A stretch of DNA of 39,947 nt, from NCBI RefSeq assembly GCF_006345805.1, contig NW_021835486.1:1-39947 (forward strand). Reading direction: 5' to 3'. The notes below the pieces were generated by a model that worked only from the letters and a program-made list of their open reading frames with translations, did no database searches and had not been told where the DNA came from. The position numbers and the translations under genes are program-made. This DNA is from Octopus sinensis. Lineage: Eukaryota. This document shows, in pieces, positions 11,063-23,112 of this stretch (position 1 is the first letter of the stretch; every line of letters begins with the position of its first letter).

Positions 11063-11292
11063 GTGGAGGCGCAATGGTCTAGTGGTTAGGGCAGCGGACT
11101 AGCTATCGTAAGAACAGAGTTTCAATTCTCATTGTGAGTGTTTATTGAGCAAAAGCACCTAAGCTCTATGAGGCTCCGGCGGGGATGGGTGGGGTGAACT
11201 CTGCTCTACTCTTTCTGCTGGGGTCGATGTAATCAACTTAAACCCCGCCCCGCAAAATTCCTGGCCTTGTGCCAAAATTTGAAACCATTATT
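11063..11292 (+). mobile_element. Chimeric or degenerate tRNA-derived SINE
   Basis: ggaggcgcaatggtctagtggttagggcagcggact head; family C-like 3' end ggggtcgatgtaatcaac...aaaccattatt. Confidence 0.55.
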
Positions 11293-12004
11293 ATCGTTAT
11301 TATCATTTAGTGATCTGGCAGAACCAAATGGATGCTGGATGAAATATTTAGTGGCATGTCTTCTAGCTTTATGTTCTGAGTTCCAGTTCCGATGGGGCCA
11401 ACTGTGCCTTTTATTTTTCTAGGTCTGATAAGTAAAGTAAAATTAAGTGAAGTTCTAGGGTTGATGGTATTAACTAGTCCTTCACCCTAAATTTCTGACC
11501 TCGGGTCTCTGTTAGAAACAAACAGAATTATCATTTCTGCAACAAGATACATAAGAAAACTTTGCTGTTTGACTTTACAAATCTGTAGCTACCCACCAAG
11601 AAACTTTGCCAATTAATTTATATTAAAGTTCAGAGCCTTAGAGATAAAACAGATACCAAACATTATGTAAGAAACACATGTAACAGGATGAAGGTCTCAG
11701 GAACACTTGAGGGGTGTTGGTCTTATCTTGTTACATTCAATTGTGTTGAAAGGAAAACCAAAACTTTGACTATCTTCAAAAGCAATAAATAATATTTTAT
11801 TCTTGTCTCGATTCACAAATAAAATACATACACATTCAGTGGGAACAGGTAGCCAAGTCTGTAAAACTATTCATAAAAGTTAACTTGTGTGAGCCAAAAT
11901 GCTGTCTCCGTTCCCGCGTAGAAGGGGGCTTCTCTGCGTGTTGGGTTTTCTTTGAGAGAAGGTTGAGCTGTGTCCACTTGATAGGGCTGCAGATACAAAA
12001 AGAC

Positions 12005-13335
12005 AGATCTAGCGGGAAAACCTTCTGTTGGCAGTTCTCTGTGCATGCACATGAGGGAACTTCCGGCAGCCTACCAGAAGTAATCCAACTCTGCTCATGC
12101 ACATTGGAAACTTCTAAAAATAGCGTCACTACACACAGCACAAACAGTAACATTAACCAAAAAAAAAGACCTGTCTAGCGGAAATCTTTCTTGTGCATGA
12201 GGGAACTTCCGACAGCCTACCAGAAGTAATCCAACTCTGTGCATGCACACTGGAAACTTCCAAAATAGCGTCACTACACACAGCACAAACAGTAACATTA
12301 ACCAAGAAGAAGGCCCACGTCTAGCGGGAAATCTTTCTGCTGCATGAGGGAACTTCCGGCAGCCTACCAGAAGTAATCCAACTCTGCGCATGCATGCTGA
12401 AAACTTCCAAAATAGCGTCACTACACAGCACAAACAGTAACATTAACCAAAAAACAAGACCTGTCTAGCGGGAAATCTTTCTGTTGCATGAGGGAACTTC
12501 CGGCAGCCTACCAGAAGTAATCCAACTCTGCGCATGCATGCTGAAAACTTCCAAAATAGCGTCACTACACAGCACAAACAGTAACATTAACCAAAAAACA
12601 AGACCTGTCTAGCGGGAAATCTTTCTGTTGCATGAGGGAACTTCCGGCAGCCTACCAGAAGTAATCCAGCTCTGCGCATGCATGCTGAAAACTTCCAAAA
12701 TAGCGTCACTACACAGCACAAACAGTAACCTTAACCAAAAAACAAGACCTGTCTAGCGGGAAATCTTTCTGTTGCATGAGGGAACTTCCGGCAGCCTACC
12801 AGAAGTAATCCAACTCTGCGCATGCATGCTGAAAACTTCCAAAATAGCGTCACTACACAGCACAAACAGTAACATTAACCAAAAAACAAGACCTGTCTAG
12901 CGGGAAATCTTTCTGTTGCATGAGGGAACTTCCGGCAGCCTACCAGAAGTAATCCAGCTCTGCGCATGCATGCTGAAAACTTCCAAAATAGCGTCACTAC
13001 ACAGCACAAACAGTAACCTTAACCAAAAAACAAGACCTGTCTAGCGGGAAATCTTTCTGTTGCATGAGGGAACTTCCGGCAGCCTACCAGAAGTAATCCA
13101 ACTCTGCGCATGCATGCTGAAAACTTCCAAAATAGCGTCACTACACAGCACAAACAGTAACATTAACCAAAAAACAAGACCTGTCTAGCGGGAAATCTTT
13201 CTGTTGCATGAGGGAACTTCCGGCAGCCTACCAGAAGTAATCCAGCTCTGCGCATGCGTGCTGAAAACTTCCGAAAATAGCGTCACTACACACAGCACAA
13301 ACAGTAACTTTAACCAAAAAAAAAACCTGTCTAGT
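12005..13335 (+). repeat. 144-bp tandem satellite, about 9 units
   Basis: ctacacagca recurs at 12421, 12565 and 12709 (period 144); core units are near-identical and edge units diverged. Confidence 0.95.
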
Positions 13336-13869
13336 GCCAGATGTGAAGCTAAAGTACTCCACCACCAACATTAAGCGATGGAATATATTCTAGTTGAGTT
13401 AGAGCAAGCTACACAGAGATCTTAATAACTCTAACAGCTTTTAGCTTTTAATTTTCAATAACATTTTGCTTAAAGAGTTTTAATTTAAAAGCTTCTGATA
13501 CAGTCAAAGATATTTTTCGTTTTCATGTTGATGTCGATGTTCTATTGTTTTGTTTGTTGATGAAGCTGTTTGTTGTTGTTTTTTTTAATGCTGTTTTTTC
13601 CTGTTTTTTCTTAATGCTGTTTTTTCCTGTTTTTTTTTTGTTTTGTTTTTGGCTCGCTTGCAAGGGGAATTATTTTTTGTTGCTGTCCTCCTCTGTTGTT
13701 GCTGTTCCTATTATTATTACTATTGTTGTTGTTGTTGTAATTTTTACTGAAGTCATAAAACTATACATTATTATGTCCTAGTTGCAGCAGGTAATAAAAA
13801 CAACTTATAAATTAATTAATTAGCCATAGCATTAGCATGAACTTTGTAAATGGTCATAAAATTTCTAAT

Positions 13870-14199
13870 GTATACGTGTATATATATAAATGTGCGTATG
13901 TGTGCATATTAATCGTGTGTATGTATATATGCATGTATATAAATCTAAATTATGCATACACATATGAAATAATATACATATCATATATATATATATATAC
14001 ATATAAATAATTATTATAATACATAATATATATATGTATATATATACATAATATATGCATATAAATAATTATGCACATACATACATATGTATGTATACAT
14101 ATAAATAAGTTTTTATGTATGTATGCATATAAATGGTATGCATTTATGTATGTAAATATAAATGCAGATGCAAAGATTCACCATTATATATACTAGTGT

Positions 14200-14235
<36 letters not shown>
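13870..14235. repeat. Degenerate (TA)n / (TG)n microsatellite
   Basis: Direct reading. Confidence 0.85.
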
Positions 14236-14237
<2 letters not shown>

Positions 14238-14845
14238 TGTTTGTGTGTCATTTATGTTGCTATATCATGATGGTCTTTCAGTATTATTTTTTTTTATTCT
14301 CTTTTGCCTTGAAATATGCAATTTGATTTTTTTCTTTTCCTTTTTTTTTTTTATCGTTATATAGAAAGTTATTAAAAATATATCGACATAAAAACAGGAA
14401 TAGAGATAAAACAAAAAAAAAAAAGCAATGAGGTAAAAAACACTGAAAGCTTTCTGTTTACCGCTTCTTTTAGTAACGCAGTTTTTCAACCCTTCATTTT
14501 GTTTCTAATGGAAGCAACATTTTAATATCTCTGAGATAAGACTAATGTTATAGCAAGATCAGTAACAAACACATAACTTTCATGGTGTTTAAGTTATCCT
14601 AAAATGCTTAACTAATGTTTAATAATAGTTACTGATAATAAGATAAAGTCATCATCATCGTCATTATTATTATTATTATTATCATTATTATTATTATTGT
14701 TATTATTATTATTATTGTTATTATTATTATTATTATTGTTGTTGTTATTATTATTAGAAAGGAATCATATTTGTTATTATGCTCACTGTAATTGGTGTCT
14801 GGTTTTTACGAGAATCAAATGTAGGGTGAGCCTGACGTAGTTTAA

Positions 14846-15441
14846 CCCTTTCGTTACCATATTTATTTTGAGATACTCTGTGTTACTTTCAATTAATTTT
14901 GAATCTAACAAAGAATTTTACAAAATAACTTAGTTATCATTCAACTAATGTTAGGAACATAAATTGTGACTAAGGTTTGGTGGAAGATTTTATTTCAAAA
15001 CTTATAAAAACAAGACATTTGTACTACATAGCCAGAGGTGGTTTTAGCCGGGTTGGTATCAAAAGGGTTAAACACACCTTTACATTTGGGCAGATGCACA
15101 TTAGAAGTAGTTGTAAGGGTGTGGGTTGAAGGAAATTTAGGTTATTATTTCTAGCATATAGAGTGACCACATTGAGGTCTCTTCCTCTCATGTCTTCTGC
15201 TGATTATTTTTCTTCTTAACCCTTTTGTTACCATATTTCTGTTGAGATGCTCTGTGTTTCTTTCAATTAATTTTAAATACAACAAAGAATTTAGTAAAAT
15301 AACTTGGTTATCATTCAGCGAGTGTTAGGAACATAAATTGTGACTAAGGTTTGGTGGAAGATTTTAATAAAAAACTTATGAAAACAAGATATTTGTACTA
15401 CAGAGCCAGAGGTGGTTTCAGGAGGTTTAGTATCAAAAGCG
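14846..15441 (-). mobile_element. Inverted copy of the MITE-spacer-MITE composite (MITEs 14846-15067 and 15220-15441)
   Basis: Spacer 15072-15215 is the reverse complement of 9653-9796; TTAA at all four MITE ends. Confidence 0.8.
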
Positions 15442-15649
15442 TTAAACCTAAGTAAGGGAGATAAATCAATTGTCTGAGGCTCTGGTTTCTTCGTTCACAA
15501 GTTTGTTTTGCAACCACACAGGCAGAATTGTTGTTAGAGAACTTGATAGAATGCATTGCTCTACCGAGTCCCAGATAAAAATCCTACTGAGTCAACTTTA
15601 CTTTTTTTCTATTTAGAGTTGAGAAATAAATTTTATTCTGTATTGTCCA

Positions 15650-15868
15650 CAAGGGGATAAACATAGCGGGGACAAACAAGGACAGACAAAAGAATTGAAT
15701 CGATTGCATCGACCCCAGTGTGCAACTGGTACTTATTTTATCGAACTTGAAAGTATGAAAGACAAAGACGACCTTGGCGGAATTTGAACTCAGAACATAA
15801 CAGCAGGGGAAATACCACTAAGCATCTCGCATGGCGTGCTAACGCTTCTGCCAGCTCACCGCCTTTAA
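15650..15868 (-). mobile_element. SINE family B, near full length
   Basis: ggacaaacaaggacagac...gaatttgaactcagaac...ctgccagctcaccgcctttaa. Confidence 0.75.
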
Positions 15869-16204
15869 GTTAAGTCAATGTTAAGTCAATAAGGGTTGAG
15901 AAATTAATACCAGACTAAGATGGTGGAATGGTTGGATGGTAGAGTGTCTAAAGTGTGGCCTTGTATTAAGTGTCATCTTAATATGTTCTAAGTTTTAATG
16001 CTATTTTCTGTTGCTTGAAAATAAAGTGGGGGCCTTTAGAGTCTCGTGAAAAAATAATGATAGATTTGGGAAGTGCTTAAGCAAGCACCCAAGTTTTTCC
16101 TCCAATCGTTCTCAATGCCAACACACTAGTTGGGGAAAAGAGTGCAAAGTGACTTTCAGGTTTTGTGTATGCAACAATTAACAAATAATGTAGGGAGAGT
16201 TTAC

Positions 16205-16385
16205 GAAAACAACAAAAGATGAAGACAGGTGCCGTACAAAACGAACAGATGTATTAGTATAGCACTCAGGAATAGAAAAAGTCTTTTACGTTTCGAGCCT
16301 ATGCTCTACAGAAAGGGAACAGAACAGAAGGAAACAAGGAGAGAAGAAAAAAATGTGTGTGTAGTGTTAACGATCTATCATGGCG
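16205..16385 (-). mobile_element. ~170-bp repeat resembling a Penelope-like element terminal segment (copies at 19716-19882 and 37625-37795)
   Basis: gaagacaggtg..gtacaaaac.aacagatgtattagtat...tttcgagccta.gctct..acagaaag...ctatcatgg; carries a hammerhead-like motif on the minus strand. Confidence 0.5.
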
Positions 16386-16386
16386 A

Positions 16387-16432
<46 letters not shown>

Positions 16433-16525
16433 ATACATATGTATATATATTGTATATGTATGTATATATGTATGTATATATGTATGTATATATGTATGTA
16501 TATATATATATATAATATATATATA

Positions 16526-17777
16526 CAAATCAAATCAACCAAATCAAAATAGATGAATATCAATGGAATTTGTATCTTTGTGGTTCCAGTACCGGTGGCA
16601 CACAAGAAAACCATCCGAACGTGGCCGTAGCTGGTACCGCATCGACTGGCCTCCGTGCTGTGGGCAAAACAAACACCATCTGATCGTGGCCGTTCGCCAG
16701 CCTCACCTGGCACCTGTGTCGGTGGCAATAAAAACACCATCCAAAGACCGGCGACGTAGTCAGTCCACCTGTGCATACCTTCCCTCTTATTGACACTGTG
16801 AAGACCTGTTGAGGCAGAGGCAAGTGTGTGTGACACTTTGTGAAGACCTGTTGAGGCAGAGGCAAGTGGTGGGACACTTGTGGAGACCTGTTGAGGCAAG
16901 TGTGTGACACGCGTGACCACTTGTGAAGACCTGTTGAGGCAAGTGAAAATCAAACCAAATCAAAAAGATGAACATCAATGGAATTTGTATCTTTGTGGTT
17001 CCAGAGTACCGGTGGCACACAAGAAAACCATCCGATCGTGGCCGTTCGCCAGCCACATCTGGCACCTGTGTCGGTGGCACATAAAGACACCATCCGAAGA
17101 CCCGGCGACGTACGTAGACAGTCCACCTGTGCATACCTTCCTTCTTGTGACACTTGTGAAGACCTGTTGAGGCAAGTGAAAATCAAATCAAATCAAAACA
17201 AATCAAAATAGATGAACATAAATGGAATTTGTATCTTTGTGGTACCAGTGCCGGTGGCACCAAGAAAATCATCCGAACGTGGCCGTAGCCAGTACCGCAT
17301 AGACTGGCCTCCGTGCTTTGGGGACGTAACAAACACCATCCGATCGTGGCCGTCCGCCAGCCTCATCTGGCACCTGTGTCGGTGGCACATATAAACACAA
17401 CCTCCGAGCGTGGCCGTCTGCCAGCCTCGTCTGGCACCTGCCAGCCTCATCTGGCACCTGTGTCGGTGGCACATAAAAACACCATCCGAGCGTGGCCGTC
17501 TGCCAGCCTCGTCTGGCACCTGTGTTGGTGGCACATAAAAACACCATCCGAGCGTGGCCGTTCGCCAGCCTCGTCTGGCACCTGTGTCGGTTGGCACATA
17601 AAATCACCCACTACACTCTCGGAGTGGTTGGCGTTAGGAAGGGCATCCAGCTAGTAGAAACACTGCCAGATCTGACTGGCCTGGTGCAGCCTTCGGGCTC
17701 CCCAGACCCCAGTTGAACCGTCCAACCCATGCTAGCATGGAAAACGGACGCTAAATGATGATGATGATGATGATGAT
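16526..17777 (+). mobile_element. Element E copy 1: tandem head units + ~60-bp subrepeats + RTE-like tail with (GAT)n
   Basis: Three heads (aatca)n-gatgaacatcaatggaatttgtatc; tail ggagtggttggcgttaggaagggcatccagc...aaccgtccaacccatgctagcatggaaaacggacgctaaatgatgatg. Confidence 0.75.
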
Positions 17778-17891
17778 ATATATATATATATATATAATAT
17801 TATATATATAGTATATATGTATGTATAGTATATATATATATATATTATATAATATATATTATATATAATATATATATATATGTATATGTAT

Positions 17892-17923
<32 letters not shown>

Positions 17924-18347
17924 TATGTATGTATATATATATAATATATGCCGAGTGACTGAAACAAGTAAAAGAGTAAAAGAGAATATCATGTTAATAA
18001 ATAACACATATAAAGTATAACTATTGATTATTTAAAAGATTTGAGAGATCTTACGATCGTTTCATGAATACACTACCTTTCCAAATGAAATCCAAAGCTG
18101 GTAACCATTATTAGGAAGTATATCCACTCATCAGAGAAAAGGATGAATTTCAGTGCTGTAAATCGAATGAAAGAGATGCTATTTAAAATCATGTATGATA
18201 AGTTGTTGTTTAAAAAGCTATTGGTATAGATGTATATAGGTATATAAATTTGGGCTAAGAGTTTTGAAAAAATAATATAAATTCATGGTAAAATCCTTTG
18301 TAAGAATCCGTAATGGGTGTGGGTCATATATATATATATATATATAT

Positions 18348-19486
18348 AATCAAAATAGAGATGAACATCAATGGAATTTGTATCTTTGTGGTACCAGTGC
18401 CGGTGGCACACAAGAAAACCATCCAAACGTGGCCGTAGCCAGTACCGCATCGATTGGCTTCCGTGCTGTGGCACGTAACAAACACCATCCGATCGTGGCC
18501 GTTCGCCAGCCTCATCTGGCACCTGTGTCGGTGGCACATAAAAACACCATCCGAAGACCCAGCAAGACTAGTCAGGCCATAACCCGTGGCCCCTACCTGG
18601 GACGTAGTCAGTCCACCTGTGCATACCTTCCTTCTTGTGACACTTGTGAAGACCTGTTGAGGCAAGTGAAAATCAACAAATCAAAATAGATGAACATCAA
18701 TGGAATTTGTATCTCTGTGGCACACAAGAAAACCATCCGAACGTGGCCGTAGCCAGTACCACATCGACTGGCCTCCGTGCTGTGGGCACATAACAAACAC
18801 CATCCGATCGTGGCCGTTCGCCAGCCTCATCTGGCACCTGTGTCGGTGGCACATAAAAACACCATCCGAAGACCCGGCAAGACTAGTCAGGCCATAACCC
18901 GTGCCCCCTACCTGGGACGTAGTCAGTCCACCTGTGCATACCTTCCTTCTTATGACACTTGTGAAGACCTGTTGAGGCAAGTGAAAATCAAAAACTCAAA
19001 AAAACAAAATAGATGAACATCAATGGAATTTGTATCTTTGTGGTGCCGGTGGCACACAAGAAAACCATCCGAACGTGGCCGTAGCTGGTACCGCATCGAC
19101 TGGCCTCCGTGCTGTGGGCACGTAACAAACACCATCCGATCGTGTCCGTTCGCCAGCCTCATCTGGCACTTGTGTCGGTGGCACATAAAAACACCATCCG
19201 AGCGTGGCCGTCTGCCAGCCTCGTCTGGCACCTGTGTCGGTGGCACATAAAAAACACCATCCGAGCGTGGCCGTTCGCCAGCCTCGTCTGGCACCTGTGT
19301 CGGTGGCACATAAAATCACCCACTATACTCTCGGAGTGGTTGGCGTTAGGAAGGGCATCCAGCTGTAGAAGCACTGCCAGATCTGACTGGCCTGGTGCAG
19401 CCTTCGGGCTCCCCAGACCCCAGTTGAACCGTCCAACCCATGCTAGCATGGAAAGCGGACGTTAAATGATGATGATGATGTGATGA

Positions 19487-19490
<4 letters not shown>
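18348..19490 (+). mobile_element. Element E copy 2, same three-head architecture (period ~325-330 bp)
   Basis: gaacatcaatgg at ~18363, ~18692 and ~19016; same tail. Confidence 0.75.
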
Positions 19491-19541
<51 letters not shown>

Positions 19542-19594
19542 TATATATATATATATATATATAATAATATATATATATATATATATGATATATG

Positions 19595-19650
<56 letters not shown>

Positions 19651-19715
19651 ATGTATATATATATATGTATATATGTATATGTATATATATATATATGTAT
19701 GTATATATATATATG

Positions 19716-19882
19716 TAAACAGAAGACGAAGACAGGTGGTGTACAAAACAAACAGATGTATTAGTATAATGCTCAGGAATAGAAAAAGTCTTTTATGTTT
19801 CGAGCCTACGCTCTTCTACAGAAAGAGAGACAGAAAAAAACAAGGAAAAAAATGTCTGTAGTGGCTAACGATCTATCATGGC
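19716..19882 (-). mobile_element. Penelope-like ~170-bp repeat, copy 2
   Basis: Matches 16205-16385. Confidence 0.5.
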
Positions 19883-19990
19883 AAATAATATACATACATT
19901 TGTTGTTTATGTTCATATATAAAATGAAGTTAAACCACTAAGAAGCTTCTACACACACACACACACACACACACCCACACAAACACACAT

Positions 19991-20026
<36 letters not shown>

Positions 20027-20608
20027 TTTACTGGATACAGGATATACACATGACAATAAAAAAATCTGCCTCAATAAATTCTGTCTGACCCATGCAAGCA
20101 TTGAAAAGTGGACATTAAATGATAAGGTGATGATTAACACACACATACCCATAAATATATTACTATTCATCATTACCATCAGTTTCATTATCATCATCAT
20201 CATAAATCTACATCTGTTTTCCCATTAGCATGGGTTAGAGGACCACTTCTCATTCATTCATTTCATTTTTGGTTCACATCTTCATGAGGATGCTCTTTTT
20301 ATCACCAATCAATTTACATAGTGTTCTGGGTGCATTTTAGTGTGGCACCAACTCAAGAGAGGTTGACATGGCCTCTAAATCCAATACTGTTTCTGCTCAT
20401 TTGTGAACCCTGTTATAAAGAGTGCTTGTTGCATTTTGTCATGGCCCCATGACTAACGAGGTTGTCTTGTACTCCATTTGACCAAAGAACACTCATTACA
20501 TTATGATAGATATATAGATAGATACTTTGATATAGGTATGCATATGCTGCTAGAGCCAGTGACACATAGAAGGTATCCATGCCAGTGGCATGTAAAGGCA
20601 TCCATCCT

Positions 20609-20838
20609 CTCTCTCTCTATCTGCTGTCGAAGTCGACTCTCGGTCACTCGTTGGATCAGTGTCCTCCAGTCAGTTCTATCCTGGGCCGCTTCTTTCAGAT
20701 TGGCTATGTCCATTCCAGTATCACTCTTGATGGTGTCAAGCCAGCAGGTTCTTGGTCGGCCTCTTCCTCTTTTGCCACTGACCATTCCGAGCATGATGTC
20801 CTTCTCCAGGGATTTTCTCCGCATAATATGACTGAAAT
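20609..20838 (-). mobile_element. 5'-truncated RTE-BovB-like LINE 3' end with 9-bp TSD, nested in an older RTE-tailed SINE (~20560-21070, +)
   Basis: YFSHIMRRKSLEKDIMLGMVSGKRGRGRPRTCWLDTIKSDTGMDIANLKEAAQDRTDWRTLIQRVTESRLR, (AG)n tail; ATCCATCCT at 20600-20608 and 20839-20847. Confidence 0.85.
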
Positions 20839-21582
20839 ATCCATCCTAGTGACACATAAAAGGCATCCATACAGGTAGTATGTACAAAATACCCAGTACA
20901 CTCTGTGGAGTGGTTGGCATTAGAAAGGGCATCCAGCCATAGAAACCAAGCCAAAACAGATGACTAGATGACTGGTGCAGCTCTTTGGCTTAACAGTTCC
21001 AGTCAAACCATCTAACCCATGCCAACATGGAAAACAAACATTAAATGCTGATGATGATGATGGTGGTGGTGGTGGTGATATATTTGTATGTGTATATATG
21101 CAATTTTGTTCGTCTGTCTCTCTTCCTTTGATTTTATTTGTCTTTAGACCAGTTAAAAAGTGTTATTATATAAGTGGTGTCTCTTGAATGTCGTAACTAA
21201 ACTTGGCCACAGCTGAGCGACTGAAAACAGTAAAAACGATAATGTATAATTAGCCCAGGCATCAACAGCACCTTCTCCTTTCTACATAACACATAAGCAC
21301 AATAAAAGAACTATTGTTACTTAAGTTTATTGCTCCCTATTGAGCAGCAGTCACCCATAATTTCTCTCCGTTGTCATCAACTCTGGGCTGTAAGGCCTTC
21401 CTCTCCCGGCTCACGTTGGTTTGGAATTGTCATTAATGCTTATATAAATTTACTTTGCTTCTAGATCAGTAGCTCTCAACATGGGTGGTACCACCGACCC
21501 TAGGGGCGGGGCACTGGGCATATTGAAGGAAGCATTAGGCCTTATGAGGCAGTGAGGGGTGGTGGGGAGTGAGGTAACGTAA

Positions 21583-21918
21583 TGTGTGGCTGTGTGGTAA
21601 GAAGCTTGCTTCCCAACCACATGATTCAAGGTTCAGTCCCACTGCATGGCACCTTGGGCAAGTGTCTTCTACTGTAGCCATCATATGTGTGTGTTTATGT
21701 GTGTGTGTGCTTTTGTCTCTGTCTGTCCCCCACACCACCACTTAACAACCAGTGTTGGTGTGTTTACATCCCTAAAACTTAGCAGTTTGGCAAAAGAGCC
21801 CAATAGTAAGTTACAAGCTTAAAAAACTAACTACTGTGGTTGATTCATTGGACTAACAAATTTTGAAGGTGTTGCCCCAGCAGGGCTACAGTAACAAGTA
21901 AAAGCTAAAAGTAAAAGA
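21583..21918 (+). mobile_element. SINE family A, degenerate
   Basis: tgtggctgtgtggtaagaagcttgc...aacaagtaaaagc. Confidence 0.75.
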
Positions 21919-21956
21919 TACTAAATTTTCACCTGTAGTAGTAATTATATTCTTTC

Positions 21957-22325
21957 TCTATATATAAAGCTGAAGTTGTCTGTGTATGGCAGGTTTGGTA
22001 GCCTTCAACTAACACTGTCTCCTCCGAGACCCTGCGCAAGTTGACCAAAATTGAGAGTATGATAGAAGAAGGCTTGCTCTTCTTTCCATAGAAGAAAAAA
22101 TTCAAATCAGACCATGTTAACACCAAAAATTATTTACATAAAAAAGGTGCTTTTTTTCTATGAAAACCCCTATTTTTTACGATTTTTTTACTGCTGTGTC
22201 GCCATTTCTCGGTGTATTTCAACCAGAAAAATGTTCACTTAAAGAGAATAACAAGCTACATAATGCAAAATTTTTAGTTTTCAAAAATTCCAATTTTAAA
22301 GGGTCGAAACAAAGGCGGGTACTTA
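21957..22325 (+). mobile_element. Non-autonomous Helitron-like element (second, truncated copy at 37907-38205, minus)
   Basis: 5' end tctatatataaagctgaagttgtctgtg resembles non-autonomous Helitron starts; no TIR; 3' end abuts a minus-strand SINE A relic (~22325-22585). Confidence 0.45.
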
Positions 22326-22593
22326 ATCTATCAGTCTCATTTGCTGAACTGCTATATTACGGGGATATAAACAAACTCCAAATGGTGGTGGTGGGAGACA
22401 AACACAGACACAAAAACACACATGCACACACACATGTAAAATGTATGTATGAACAACAAGCATACCTGCACACACACACACACACACGTGCACACACACG
22501 CACACACACATACATATAGGATGAGCTTCAGCCCCATTCCAATCTAGTAATTCCATTCACAAGGCATTTTTTAATGACTAGAGGCTATTTTGA

Positions 22594-23112
22594 CCCTTTC
22601 GTTAACCGTATTTATTTTGAGATGTTCTGTGTTTCTTTCAATTACTTTAAATATAACAAAGAATTTAGTAAAATAACTTAGTTATATCATTCAGCTGGTG
22701 TTAGGAACATAAACTGTGACTAAGGTTTGGTGGAAGATTTTAATTCAAAACTTTTGAAAATAAGACATTTGTACTACAGAGCCAGAACCGGTTTCAGCTG
22801 GGTTGGTATTGAAAGGGTTAAAGATACTAAGCCATGATACCATTCAATATACTAAAACTGGGATCACATGCTTACAAAGAAAGCTTCTTAACCCTTTCAT
22901 TACCAACCCGGCTGAAACCACCTCTAGCTCTGTAGTACAAATGTCTTATTTTCATAAGATTTGAATTAAAATCTTCCTCCAAACCTTAGTCACAATTTAT
23001 GTTCCTAACACTAGCTTAATGATAACTAAGTTATTTCACTAAATTCTTTTTTATATTTAAAGTAATTGAAAGAAACACAGAACACCTCAAAATAAATACA
23101 GTAACGAAAGGG
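22594..23112. mobile_element. Two TTAA MITEs in inverted orientation (22594-22817 minus, 22892-23112 plus)
   Basis: TIRs ccctttc(g/a)tta; ~70-bp unrelated spacer. Confidence 0.85.

Noticed and set aside
12005-13335. CRISPR-like array
   Set aside because: No unique spacers, units are near-identical throughout, eukaryotic context, no cas genes
17150-17185. Hammerhead-like CTGTTGAG..GAAA in the E unit
   Set aside because: No stem II, I or III can be formed; the bases instead make a cacttg/caagtg hairpin. No HDV or twister consensus was found either.
16387-19319. Many overlapping 60-190 aa ORFs (CHRHRCQ / PPTQVP repeats)
   Set aside because: Translations of GC-rich tandem subrepeats, open in several frames on both strands, with indels between copies
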